Source: Anaeramoeba ignava BMAN
Taxonomy: Eukaryota > Protista > Anaeramoebae
Length of the DNA: 64,000 nt
Reading direction: 5' to 3'
NCBI GenBank assembly: GCA_028826165.1
Contig: JAPDFW010000092.1
Span: forward strand, 682,001 to 746,000
Part shown: positions 34,828-48,677 of the stretch, in pieces
How positions within the stretch are numbered: position 1 is the first letter of the stretch
Layout of the letters: each line of letters opens with the position of its first letter
The notes under the pieces: generated by a model
The model's database searches: none
Seen by the model: only the letters and a program-made list of their open reading frames with translations
Told to the model about the DNA's origin: nothing
Translations under genes and position numbers: made by a program

Positions 34828-36508
34828 ATGAAATCAATTCCTCAAAAAGGGAAAACTTGGACTTATATAGTATTTATAGGACTTGGACTTGGACATCTTC
34901 TTCCGTTCAATTGTTTCATCACTGCATATGAATATTTTGCAGAAGCATTTCCAGAAAATAGTTATTTTGAGTTTGCTTTCAATAGTGTTTTCAACACAGC
35001 TACAGTTATTGGACTAATTTCAGATATATCACTTCGATCATTTCTTCGGAAAAAAGTCGAAAAAAAACGACAGAAAAAAATTCGAGAAAAAATGCAACAA
35101 ACTTTTCTTGAACCTTCAAATGAATCAATCAATATGAACGATCCAAATGTTGAGAATCGAAGGAATTTTTCAAGTGGAATAATCATTTCCATTCTTGTTT
35201 TTATTGCAACTCAAATTTTTATTCCAGTTCTTGTTGAAACAGTAAAACACAAAAGTGCCTTTTATATCACGATTGGAGTTGTTTTTATTGGCGGTTTTTT
35301 CACAGGAATTTATCAAGCAAACATGTTTAGTTTCGCCGCAATCTTCTTGCCAGTTCATACTCAAGCCGTTATGACTGGACAAGGTGTTGCTGGCGCGTTT
35401 GTTTCCCTATTGCGTATTTTTACTCGTTTGAGTTTTTCAAATAATAAGTCCGGTTTGAGAAAATCAAGTATTTTATATTTTTCCATTTCGGCTTTTCTAT
35501 TGATTGTGATTTTGTTTGCCTTCTTATCTGTTCTTAAAACTAATTTTGTTAAGCATTTTTTGAATCAGTTTTGGAATATTGGTATTTCTCAAAAAAATGC
35601 GCAAGAATATTCAATTAATGAAAATGTGGATATTGCAAAAGAATCAAAAGAGATTGAAACAAGTTCAGAAGATTTACCAAATTCTGATGATGCACTTCTG
35701 AATAAAAACATGAATCCAAATCCAAATGAAAATCAAAATGAAAATCAAAATGAAATCCATGAAAATGAAAATTTAAATCAAAATGAAAATCAAAATTCAA
35801 ATGAAAATCAAAATTTAAATGAAAATCAAAATTCAAATGAAAATGATAAACTTATTAATGATATTCATAATGATATTTCCCCACAGAAACAAGAGCCAAT
35901 TAGTGTGAAACATGTAGCCAAATCACTAGCAAAATTTGAGTTTGGAGTTTTCTTTGTATTCTTTGTTACTCTTGCTTTATTTCCTTCAGTTATCACAAGA
36001 ATTCCATCGACTCATTCTGATTTAACTTCATCTGATTGGTTTGCAATTATTATGATTACAGTGTTTAATTTTTTTGATTTAATAGGAAGAACATTACCTC
36101 GTTGGTTTCCTAAAATTTTCTCTTCAAAAGTTTTGATTATTGTTATTGTTTCAAGATCCATTTTCTTTGTTCTTTTTGTTTTGTGTGCGAATAAGTTGAT
36201 TTTTTCTGATCCTTTATCAATTATTTTTATGGTTATTTTTGCAATTTCTAATGGTTATTGTTCAAGTACAATTATGATGCAAGCTCCTCATTCTTTAAAA
36301 CCTTCTGAAAGAGATCTTGCAGGTGGATTAATGGTAAATTTTTCAATTTAAATTTTTCAATTTAAATTTTTCAATTTAAATTTTAATTAAATTTTAATTA
36401 AATTTTTAATTAAATTTTTCATTTTATTTTTTTTAGACAACTTTCCTTCAAATTGGATTAGTTCTTGGATCTTGTTCATCTTGGATTTTTCTTTTAATGC
36501 TTCCTTAA
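34828..36508 (+). CDS. Equilibrative nucleoside transporter (SLC29); intron 36334-36436
   Basis: GLGHLLPFNCFITAYEYF, QAVMTGQGVAG, FFVTLALFPSV, FNFFDLIGR, SNGYCSS; last exon TTFLQIGLVLGS. Confidence 0.95.
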
Positions 36509-37184
36509 AAATTTTATTTTTCTTTTTTCTTTTTCTTTTTTAAAAAGAAATTTAAATTTTAAAACAAACAAAAAGTGGAACAAAAAAAAAGTAAAACAAA
36601 ATAAAAAGTGGAACAAAAATAATAAAGAATAAACAAAAACTTTATTCAATTTAAATAATTAATTTCAATTTAATTTAAATAATAAATTTTATTTTAATTT
36701 AATTTAAATAATAAATTTTATTTTAATTTAATTTAAATAATAAATTTAATTTTAATTTAATTTAAATAATAAATTTTATTTTAATTTAATTTAAATAATA
36801 AATTTTATTTTAATTTAATTTAATTAATAAATTTTATTTTAATTTAATTTAAATAATAAAATGTAAACAAAAATTTTCGATTTAAAGTATCAATTTAATT
36901 TAAAAATGCTTTTATTTCTGGTAAAAGAAAAAAAGGAACGAATTGAATTAAAACAAACAAAAAGAAACAAAAAAATTGTAAAAAAAGTTTGGTGAAAAAA
37001 GTTGGTGAAAAAAGTTGATGAAAAATTGATAGAAAAATTGATAGAAAAATTGATAGAAAAATTGATAGAAAAAGTTGTAAGAAAATTGATAGAAAAGTTG
37101 ATAGAAAAAGTTGGTAAAAAATTGATAGAAAAATTGATAGAAAAATGGTTTGAATATGAATGAATCCAATTACATGATCAAAAA

Positions 37185-40100
37185 TCAAATATCACCTTCC
37201 CAATTTTTAAAAAATTGAATTAAACGATAAATTTCTGGATAATTATTAATAAAATCTGATTGGAAAAATTCATAACGCTCATTGCGAATAAGTTCGAAAA
37301 AAGTAAGTAAAAGACCAAAAGGATGAGGACCATGAACAATAACTCGTTCAAAAAGAACGCGAGTAATTTGTTCTTTGATTGAAACATCATCCGAATCCGA
37401 AATCAAGAAAAGGAAAATATTTGAGAAGAAATAAGTGTGATTATTTGGGAATCTGAGTTGGTTTGCAATAGCGTTGAAGAAAATATAACGACCTTCAGAA
37501 TCGAGATCTTTTGCAAGTTGGTAGAAAATTGTTTCGGGTTGTTCTATGCGTATTGAGGTTCTCATTGAGATGATATAAACGCCGAGATAAAGAACAAGAG
37601 AATTGATGAGTTTGATGTTATATTTTGTTGATTGAAAATTATTATTTGAATTATTATTCGAATTATCAAAATTTGATGTCTTGGTTAGTATTCCGTTTTT
37701 TAACAAAGAAAGAAATTGTGGATCTCCGGTTGTTAGATAATTTTCCAAATGCTCAGCAAGTCCAGAAGCCTTCAATTCTCGGTTATATTGAGACAAAATT
37801 TGTGGTTCTTTGAACATCTCAGGAAGTTGATCAATCCGTAAATCTGGTCGATTTAACGGAGGTATTTCAACGCCATGTGGAGTCGCATAAAGAACTAAAT
37901 TCCGTAATTGGATACAATTAAGTGGAATACTGTCGCAGAAACTGAAATAATAGCGACTCAAAAAATCAGGGAAAATTTTCAAGAGAAATAAAAATATTCT
38001 TAAAAGCGCTTTATAAAGAAGTCGCACTGAATGATCTAATTTTACATCCCGAAGAAAAGGTTGAATAAATTTTAAAAATCGTTGCAAAAGATCGTGCACC
38101 ATTTGCATTGAGTGCTCTGTATCGTAAATCAGAAGTTTCCCCATAAAATGAATGTTGGAAATCAATTCGATCCAAGAAAAAATAAAAGTGGGAACTTTTT
38201 CTGGTTCAATTTCAATAAATGCATCATAGAATTCTCGAAGAACAAGAAAGGAATGTTTCTGTAAAGTTTCCTCATCAGTTACACGTCCAAGAAGTTCGGA
38301 AAGCAGAATGTGATATGGACCTGAATGAAAATTCTCCCTGTTCTCTCGGAAATCTGAAAGTAAAGACTCCACAATCGAGTGCAAGATTTGCCTCAAAACA
38401 ACAACGTTATATTCAGGATTCAGCGAATCTTTGTATTTAGACACAAGCACAAAAAGCATTAGGGAATATTCCACAATACTCGTGTAATCTGGTTCAGGAA
38501 CTGCGGGATTTTCCTGTGTTTGTGGTTCTGTTTCTGTTTCTGTTTCTGTTTCAGATATTTTTTGCTCATTAATTTGATCTTCTTGGTTTTTTTCATTTGT
38601 ATTTCCATTTTGATTTATGTTCTTTTTTGTTTTTTCCATTGATATTTTCTCAGAATCAGGTTTGGTATCTGTATTATTTGGGTTTGTTGTGTTCTGAGTG
38701 GTTGTATTTGCAGAATCTTCTGTTGATGTTTGCGTCTCATCTGCAGAATTCTGTAAAGTTGATAAGCACAAATTCACACAGGCATTTGTGAGAACAGTGA
38801 AAAACTGGCTGTGATATTTGATCACAACAGATTGTAGTTTCTTGACAAAACCATCCATTTTTTCACTTATTGTTCCTGTGATAATCATCTCATGCCATTC
38901 TTGGAAAACTTGCAAAAATGACTGTCTCAATACTGCTTGATCATCACGAGCTTTTGAATCGAATCCTGAATCGTTTTCTTGATCATTATGTCCATGTCGT
39001 GTTGGAAGTATACCTTTCGAAATTAAAATAGACTCAAGTTGATCTGCAATCTTCAAAATCTGGTCTAAAAACCCCAAAGTGTCTTCAGAAAGAATAAGTG
39101 CTGCTTGGTTTATATTTTGTTTGTTTTGTTGGGATTCAAGTTGTTTTTGTTGCTCAAGAAGTTTTGTGATTGATTGTTTTGTTGCGTTTTTCAAATCCGA
39201 GATTTGCTCTATATTTTGTCTTTTTTCGCAATCATAAAAAAGAAACTGATAAAACTCTCTTTCCTTCGCATTTTCTGGGATATTCATAAGAATAACCATT
39301 ACATCCGCAAATGGCTCAAGATCCAAAAGACTTTCTTTGAAGAGAGAGTATATCAAGCCTAGATCGAGTGCGGCGTTGACTCTCACTTCATTGTCCTTTT
39401 TTGGGTCAACAACAATCACGTCTTGTATCACATGGCTTGTTATTTCTGTTGTAAGCAAATTGCGCCGAATGCTTACTGCTATGTTCGGCATTTTCTTGAT
39501 TTGTGAATCAAAATATTTGGTGAATATTTCGTTTGTTTGTCCTAATACATATACAAATGTCTGGAAAAGAAGAAGACTGCTTTGCCTCTCTAGATTTTTG
39601 CTTAATTCTCGGATATTTACGATAAGTTCTTTGCACACAATGAAAGATACTTGTGGAATTTCTTCGCAATTTCTCAGCATTTTGATAAATTCGCTGATCA
39701 ATTTTTTTATTGTTTCTGAGATTTCAAGATCATCTTCATCTTGGTTTTGATTATTTTCATTTGAGTTTTTATTCGAGACTTCTTCTTCTTGTTTTTTGTT
39801 TGCATTCTCGACTATATTCTGTAAAAATACGATCCATTTCTGGAAAAACTCCAAGAAATCTTGCTGAGAAATTTTGATATAATTTTCATTTTCGTTTTGT
39901 CCCAATGCTTCATCGCGATCCAATCTTTCTGTTTCTCGAAAATTTGCAAAACTCGAATAGATATTCAGTTGCCAAGGCAAAATACCAGATTTGGGAAATA
40001 ATTCCTCAATCAAATTCTGAGTAAAAGGATTTTTTGTATCGTTGCGAACATCACCACCGCCGCCGTAAAAATTATTTTCTCTTGCTTGGTATCTTGGAAA

Positions 40101-43100
40101 ATAGTCTCTCTCGAGAACTTCATCAATGTGGCTTTGAGCGGAACTTGAAGAAATACTTTCTGCTAATGAGAATAATATTTGCTTGTTGGTGAACCACACT
40201 TGTCGGATAAATGCCTCAATTTCTTTTGCTTCGTTCTGAACATCTTTGTTCATGAAAAAGCGAGAAAATTGCACTCCTGCAAATTCATCAAAATCATTGG
40301 AAAGTTGCTTCTCGCCAAATATTGTGAGATTCACTGCAAGATTTGCCACCATCAAATGTGCGGCTGTTTTCATTTTGTTTATATCGGGTTCGTTTGCAAA
40401 GTCCTTGGTAACAAGATGATATGCTGTTTTTGTTGCGATTTCAATGCTTTGTTCAAGAACATCGTTTTTGAGTCTCATGAAAATGTGTGAAAGTAATCCA
40501 AAAATAAACTTCCGAAAATTAGGATATTTTGTGTATAAAGGATAATTTTCAGGAACTTGTAAATATTTAGAGAATTGAAAAATATAGTCATCATCTTCGA
40601 TAGCAAGTTCATTTGTAACATCATTGTTTGTATTAGAATCTTTTTTTTATTTTTATTTTATTTAATTTTAATTTTAATTTTGATTTTAATTTTAATTTTA
40701 ATTTTGATTTTGATTTTAATTTTGATTTTAATTTTAATTTGTTTTTAAATATTGTATAAATTACCATTTGGAAATGAAAGTTTTGGATACATCAGAAATT
40801 TTCCTTGATCCATCATCATATTGAATTCCGTATTTTTTTCAAGATCAGAAGCTTGCATTTCTTCTTGTGATTTCATTGTGGGAAGTGAAGAAATATCAAC
40901 ACGCAATATCATAAAAAGATCTTCAATACGTCTTTTGATTCCCGAAAGAACTTTTGGATAGTTGTGAATATAAGCGAGAATGGAAAGAAGCGGAACGAGC
41001 CAAGGATTTTTTGTATGAAAAACCTTGGAATTTGCACACGAGAAAAGAATGGAAACAATAAACGGAACAACTATATGAAGCATTCCCATTCTCAAGGAAT
41101 CAATAAGCAAATGTTTGATGTCAAGATATTTACGAAGAATCGGTTTGTTTTTGCTGAGAGTAAGAAGTCCAAGAAAACTGCCCAGATTATTAAGTCTAGT
41201 TTGAATGTCCCTTTTTTGCTGTAAATTCTCAGAGTGAATAATCGAACCAATATCATAAAATACCACAAGAATAACATTGTTTGCAAAATCAGCGTTTCCC
41301 AAACGATCGATAAGATTGATGTATAAAAGGTGTTTTTGTGGTGGTGCAAAAGATGCGGATGTTGAGATAATTCTTGCATAATTGATGACATCTATTGAAT
41401 TGAAATTTTCCTTCAATTCGAAAGCCTTGTTTGGGAGGTTTCCTTGATCAAGAATATTAACAAGAAAATTGATTTCTCTCATATTTTCTGATTGTGAAAT
41501 ATTTTGGTTTTGCCCATGATTTTGGAATTGATTTGGGCTTGTTTTATTGGTATTATCTTGGGGTTGCATCGATTGCATATTTTGTTGTTGTACTTGTTGT
41601 ACTTGTTGTACTTCTTGAGGTTGTTGTTTTTGTATGAGATATCCCGAAATTTCAGCAGAAATAGCGGGATATAATTGAGAGAATTGTGAGTCTTGAAGAA
41701 TTATTTCTGCTATGTTTGTCCACTCACTAATTCTATTTTTGAATTTGTTCAGAGAAAGAATCCCGAATTTGTGAATATTTGTTGTGTTGTGATGTCTAAT
41801 TGCATCAAGAATTAATTTAATCGCATTTTCCATTAGATGATCTGGGAGAGCGTCATTTTGTATAAGAAGACCGAACAGATCTGCATTTATTTGGAGATTT
41901 TCTTCAGGATATTTCTCGAGATTGAGATATTCTTGGAAAATATTTTGAATAAAGCATTCATAAACCTTCTGTTCTTCTTTCGAACTCGAATCCTTCCATT
42001 TCTTCAGCAAAATGATTGCGTCTTGGGGTTTGATTGTTTTGTTGTAGATATTCTCAAAAAGACTATTTGTTTGGGCTTCAACTTGTGGGGAGAAGTTCGA
42101 TTCGTCAGGAAATGGTTTTTCGAATAATTTCAATTTCGGAACCAACTCATAAAATTTATTGAATAATTTTTCAATTTTCTTTTTCAGATTATCATCTCCA
42201 AAGTTTGAGATTGGCAAGTAATAAAGCAAATGGAAAAAAGCAATGATGGAGTTTGCAGAAAGAATAGTGCCCAAATGCTTCTTTTCGGGATTCTCTGAAA
42301 TTTGCTCCATTAAACTGTATTTTCTATCAAGAAAATTAAAGCATTCCTCAACAAATATTTCACCCTCAGTTTGCATTTTATTTTTGATCCAAATATCCAG
42401 ATTAATACACTCTCGAGATGATGCCAAACTAGCGAATTCAAGAACAAAATCCCATTTCTGGGAATCCAGTGCAAGAAGCAATCCCTGGAGTTTCATGAGA
42501 ATATCAAACAATCTCGAAATGGTTTCTGGTTTTCTTCTCCAGAACAAATTGATCGAGTCAATCACAAATTTGATGTCTCTTTGCCAAAGCATTTCAATCA
42601 ATCGAGAAAACTTGGGGAATATTTCAAACAACGAAAACAAGGAAATTAATGAAAGCTTTCTTGCAAGAGTTTGTGCAAACACATTATTCCAAGGCACTTG
42701 TATGATCGCTTGGAACACTAACTCCGCATATGATTGTGTTCCTACTTGGAAAATATACTCAACTTTTTGGGGATCATATTGTGATAGATCGAGAAGTAGC
42801 TCCACAAATGTTAGTGAAAGCCAAGCTTGATGATGTCTTCCTGCCTGCTTTGGGATTGTGAGTGAATCTTTCAAAGGTTGAAATACTTTCGACATGCTGA
42901 AATCTATCAAATGGGGTGGTGCATTTGAAGCAAATTCAAGAAATGAGATTTGAGCAAGTGGATTTCCCCATTTTTTCAGTGCAAATGCTATTGGGAAAGG
43001 TTTTGATGTTGCTTTGGCAAAAAAATTGATCATAAATTCAAAACATTCTGGATCTGGAATTCGGAATTCAGGGAAATCTAGATTATAAATTACTTGCTCC

Positions 43101-45048
43101 CAGTTGAGATCTGTATAATTTTTATTGAATATTTGGATTATTTCCTCAATTTCCCTGTTCTTGTTTTCATTGCTTTCCTGATTTTGGGTGTTGGATTGTT
43201 TGACATGAGAATATTGCTTCGAAATTTCAAGAATTGTTTGTGCTATATCTAATGCTGATAAATTTGGGAAAAAGCTCAAAACTTGCGCAAATGATCCATC
43301 TAACAATGCTTTTGGAAATTTCATATTTGTCGCAACAGAAAATAATGTTAGTGTTTCATCAATACTCTTCATCAAATCACCAATGTTATCTTCTTCCATT
43401 TTGGTTTGAAATGATATTTGATTTGTTTCCGAGAATAGGAGTGTTTCGTATTGTGGGAAGTCTTTGGATTTTTGTTCCAAAAAAATAAGCAGTTCTTGTT
43501 TTTGTTTGGAAAGATTTTTCTGTGTAAATAGTATTAATAAATCATGCAAAATATTGAATTCTAATTTTTCTTGACATTTTGCAAAAGCTTCTGAGAAATT
43601 TTTTTCAAAGAATGAAATGCCTTTTTATTTAAATTTAAATTTAAATTTAATTTTAATTTTAATTTAATTTTATTTTTAATTTTTACCTTCTTTTGAAACA
43701 TCTTCATGTCCTGATTCAGCAAAAGATAAAGCAAAAAGAATTTGATTTTCATTTTCTAAATTTGAAAGCTTCATAAATTTATTCAGAAATCCAATAATCA
43801 TTTCTTTATTTTCGACTAAATATTTCTCAAAAAAAGAAGTAAAAATAATCAATAATTGAGTACTTTTATGGAAATAATGAAGAAGACTTTTAAATAAAGA
43901 AATTTGAGAAGGAAATTTATCATCTGAATTTTTTTGAATATTTTTTAAAATGATTTCAACAAGAAATTTGTAAATGTGAACAAGTGCTTCGTTTCCATAT
44001 AATTCAACCAACTAAAAGTTTTAAAAAAAAGTTTTAATATTTTAATATTTTAATATTTATTTTAATATTTATTTTAATATTTATTTTAATATTCAATTTA
44101 ATATTTAATTTTAATATTTATTTTAATATTTATTTTAATATTTATTTTAATATTTATTTTAATATTTATTTTAATATTTATTTTAATATTTATTTTAATA
44201 TTTATTTTAATATTTAATTAAATATTTATTTTAATATTTATTTTAATATTTATTTTAATAATTTAATATTTATTTTAATATTTATTTTAATATTTATTTT
44301 AATATTTATTTTAATATTTTATTTTAATATTTAATTTAATATTTATTTTAATATTTATTTTTAATATTTATTTTTAATATTTATTTTAATATTTAATTTA
44401 TATTTATTTAATTTTTTTAATATTTTTAATTTTTTAATATTTATTTTTAATATTTATTTTAATATTTATTTTAATATTTATTTTAATATTTATTTTTATT
44501 TTTTTTTAATATTTATTTATTTTAATATTTATTTTAATTTATTTTTTAATATTTATTTTAATATTTATTTTAATATTTATTTTAATATTTATTTTAATAT
44601 TTATTTTAATATTTATTTTAATATTTATTTTAATATTTAATATTTATTTTAATATTTATTTTAATATTTATTTAATATTTATTTTATTATTTATTTTAAT
44701 ATTTATTTTAATATTTAATTTAATATTTATTTTAATATTTATTTTAATATTTATTTTAATATTTATTTTAATATTTATTTTAATATTTATTTTAATATTT
44801 ATTTTAATATTTATTTTAATATTTATTTTAATATTTATTTTAATATTTATTTTAATATTTATTTTAATATTTATTTTAATATTTATTTTAATATTTATTT
44901 TATAATATTTAACCAATTTTAATATTTATTATATTTTTTAATATTTATTTTTAATATTTATTTTAATATTTATTTTATTTTTATTAACTCCTAAAACAAG
45001 ATGTTTTGCTTGATTTGAAATTGCTAAATAATTTGAATGAAAAGACAT
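37185..45048 (-). CDS. CNOT1: CCR4-NOT complex subunit 1, multi-exon
   Basis: KDFANEPD..KM..AAHLMV.NLA, NLGSFLGLLTL..NKPIL, C-terminal NAIANQLRFPNNHTYFFS...EQITRVLFERVIVHGPHPFGLLLTFFEL; first-exon boundaries uncertain. Confidence 0.93.
44035..44985. repeat. Intronic (TTTAATATTTAT)n 12-mer array
   Basis: Directly visible in the first CNOT1 intron. Confidence 0.9.
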
Positions 45049-45248
45049 TGAAAATGAAAAAAAAAATTTGAAAAGGAAAAAAATAAAGAAAGAAATAAAG
45101 AAATTGGAAACGAAAATAAAAAAATGAAAATTGAAAAAAAAAAATGAAAATAAAAAAATTTTTTTTTAATTGAAATTAACTTATTTAATTTTTTCTAATA
45201 TTGAGTCATTTTTTTTTTATTTAATTTTTTTATTTATTTAAAAAATTT

Positions 45249-46639
45249 TTATCTATTATCATCTCTAACAAATAATCTTTTTAAAAAAAGAGGAGTTTTT
45301 AAAATTGTATAATTATTAATAATAGGATAAATTTCCCAAAGAAAAAAATAAAGATGACCAACCAAAAAACCAAATAATTCTTGATAACCAACGAAAATAA
45401 AAATGAAAAATGAAAAATTAATAGAAAAATAAGGAAGGAAACCTGCATTTATTGGAATAATTTTTCAAATTAATATTTTTGTCTTGGATTTTTTTACACC
45501 AAACATAAGTTCATCTCAAACAAATAATCTTTTAAAAAGAAAGAAATAAAATATCAAAAACTTATTAATAATCTTATTTAAATTTTAAATTTTATAAATG
45601 AATTTAAATAATTTTTATCCGATTTTAATTTTAATTTTAATTTTAATTTTAATTTTAATTTTAATTTTAATAATTCCCCAAATTTTAATATTTTTTTTAA
45701 TTTTTAATTTTAATTTTAAAGAAAGTTTAATTTTAATTTTAATTTTAATTTTAATTTTAATAATTTTAATTTAATTTAATTTTAATTTTAATTTTTAATT
45801 TTAATTTTAATATTTATTTCAATTTTAATTTTAATTTTAATTTTAATTTTAATTTATTTTAATTTTAATTTTAATTTTAATTTTGATTTTAATAATTTTA
45901 ATTTTAATTTTAATTTTAATTTTAATTTTAATTTTAATTTTAATTTTAATTTTAATTTTAATTTTAATTTTAATTTTAATTTTAATTTTAATTTTAATTT
46001 TAATTTTAATTTTAATTTTAATTTTAATTTTAATTTTAATTTTAATTTTAATTTTAATTTTAATTTTAATTTTAATTTTAATTTTAATTTTAATTTTTAA
46101 TTTTAATTTTAATTTTAATTTTAATTTTAATATTAATTTTAATTTTGATTTTAATTTTTATTTTAATTATAATTTTAATTTTGATTTTAATTTTAATATT
46201 AATTTTGAATTTTAACTTTAATTTTAATTTTAATTTTGATTATAAATTTACAAGCAAAATAATTCCTCCAAAAATTAACATAAATAAAAAATCATATGGT
46301 CTATTTAAAAAAGATTCCTCTGCTCTAAATATAAATAAAAAATTCAGAAAAAATTTCAAAAAAAACAAGTTTTCTAAATCTCCAAAAAAAAAGAATGGTG
46401 TAAAAAGTCTCCAAAACTAATTAAAAATAAAGAAATTATTTTGTAAATAATTATTTTGTAAATTTTTATTTTATAAATTTTACTTGATGCTTTTGAAATA
46501 TAAAATATGGATTATAAAATAAATCTAATCTTGTAAAGAATCCAAAATAAGATCCAAAAGTTGTAAGTAAGGAAATAACCATCCAATATTTACTTATTAC
46601 AGGTGTTGTATTCCAAAAATTAAAACCAAAATTTCCCAT
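45249..46639 (-). CDS. Derlin (Der1-like) ERAD protein; exons 46639-46484, 46416-46252, ~45572-45249 (last exon has apparent indels)
   Basis: PVISKYW...FQKHQ/FWRLFTPFFFFG...EESFLNRPYDFLFMLIFG; YVW; GHLYFFLWEIYP...LKTPLFL; absent from the ORF track. Confidence 0.8.
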
Positions 46640-46643
46640 TTAA

Positions 46644-46695
46644 AAAAAATGAAAAAATGAAAAATGAAAAAATGAAAAAATGAAAAAATGAAAAA
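46644..46695 (-). promoter_or_regulatory. Tandem TCATTTTT Inr-like motifs upstream of the Derlin ATG
   Basis: About six copies; the same sense-strand motif lies just upstream of most ATGs in the window. Confidence 0.5.
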
Positions 46696-46709
46696 TTTTT
46701 AATTTTTAT

Positions 46710-48572
46710 TTAATTATTTAAAGGAATTTTTCTTTTCCTTCTTGTTTTTTTATTTGAATATTTTTCCGAATTATCTTTTTTCTTTTCCTTTTTATCTTTT
46801 CTTTCTTTTTTTCGATGTTTTTCTTTTCGATGTTTTTTATGTTGTTCTTTTTCAATTTCTTTTATTTTTTGAATTGGATCAAGTTCATTTTGATTTTTTT
46901 CATTTTCAGATTTTCTCATTGGATCACGATAATCACCAGGAATTTTTTTAAAAACTAATTGATGGTTCATCCATCCTTCATCTGTTTCTTCTTCAATTTT
47001 AGCATCAATATCTATGTTAGCATCATTCATTTCTTTATTTTTTTCATCTTCAAAATGATTAATTTTGTTATTTTGATTTGAATTATTAATTTGATTAGAT
47101 TTTTGAGTTTTGTTTTGAATATTCTTTTCATTTTGATTTGAATTTATTCCTTGAAACTTTTTAGAATTTTTTAAATTTTTGCGAAATTCAGCTAATTTTT
47201 TCAATGCAAATTCTTGACGATTTGTTTGATTTAAAGAATTTTTAACTTTGTATTTGTTTCTCATTTGTTCAATATATGATAAATTTGTTTCTTCATTTTG
47301 ATTTTGTTGATTTAATATTGAATCTTGAACAGAATCAGGAGATATTAGAGTTAAAATATCATATTTCAATTTAATCATTTCCTCTTCAATTTTTTTATTT
47401 TCTTCTTTTGAATTTTCTTTTGGAATTATTTTATCTTGAATATTTTTGGTGATAGAATTAGCAAGAGATTTTTGATTTGGTTGTATTTCATTAACAATAT
47501 CCATTTTGATTTCATTTTGATTTTGAATTTCATTTTGATTTTGATTTTTATTTTGATTTTGATTTTGATTTTGATTTTGATTTTGATTTTGATTTTGATT
47601 TTGATTTTGATTTTGATTTTGATTTTGAATTTGATTTTGATTTTGATTTTGATTTTGATTTTGATTTTGATTTTGATTTTGATTTTGATTTAAATTTTGA
47701 TTTTGATTTTGATTTTGATTTTGATTTTGAATTTGATTTTGAATTTGATTTTGATTTTGATTTTGATTTAAATTTTGATTTAAATTTTGATTTTCATTTT
47801 CATCTTCATCATTAAAATCTTCATCATTAAAATCTTCATCATTAAAATCTTCACCAAAAGATAATAAATTCAAATTTCTTCTTCTTTTATCTTTTATTAA
47901 ATTATTTTTTGCTTGATTTTCCAAATCAATTTGATTAGAATTTTCTTTTTTCTTAATTTTTCTTGGAAAAATATCATCAAAAGGAGGTTGAATAACTTCA
48001 GTAGAAATAATTTTATCAGGAAAAAGAGGTTTTTCATTTGAATCAGTTTCTTTTTCACCGATAGTAACAAGATTATAAATAGTATCACCAGTAACTTTTC
48101 CAAAAATAGTAAATTTTTTATTAAGTTCTTCACACTTATCCAAAGTGATAAAAAATTGTGAACCATTTCCTTCATCATTAGCAGCCATTGCAACAATTCC
48201 TCGAAAGGAAAATCTTAATCTTGAATGAATTTCAATTTTAAATGGTTTTTCATAAATTGATTCTCCATTTAATCCTGTATTTGTTGGATCACCTCCTTGA
48301 ACTAAGAAATTTTTAACAACTCTATGAAAAATTGTGTTATTATAATATCCTTCCATACAAAGTTGAGCAAAATTTCTTGCAGCTAAAGGTGCCTTTAAAT
48401 TTTTATTTTTGAATTTTTTTGAATTAAATTTTTTTGAATTAAATTTTTATTTTAAATTTTTGAATTAAATTTTTACTTCTTTACTCCAAAGTTCAATTAA
48501 AAGATCTCCACTTGTTGTATGTAAAATTACTTTTCCATTCGTTGGTGGAGAATTTGAATAACTTTGAGCCAT
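46710..48572 (-). CDS. CWC27: Spliceosome-associated cyclophilin CWC27; intron 48393-48476
   Basis: PPTNGKVILHTTSGDLLIELWSKE/APLAARNFAQLCMEGYYNNTIFHRVV...HSRLRFSFRG...GKVTGDTIYN...PPFDDIFPR, NLLSFGED, GWMNHQLVF. Confidence 0.93.
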
Positions 48573-48677
48573 TAATAAATTAATGAAAAAATGAAAAAAT
48601 GAAAAAATATTTTTTTGATTTTTATTGATTTTTATTGATTTTTTATTGATTTTTTATTGATTTTTTTTTATTCTAAT

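Noticed and set aside
45201-45208. TGAGTCA AP-1-like site upstream of CNOT1 (similar site near 63645)
   Set aside because: Too few occurrences to distinguish from chance.
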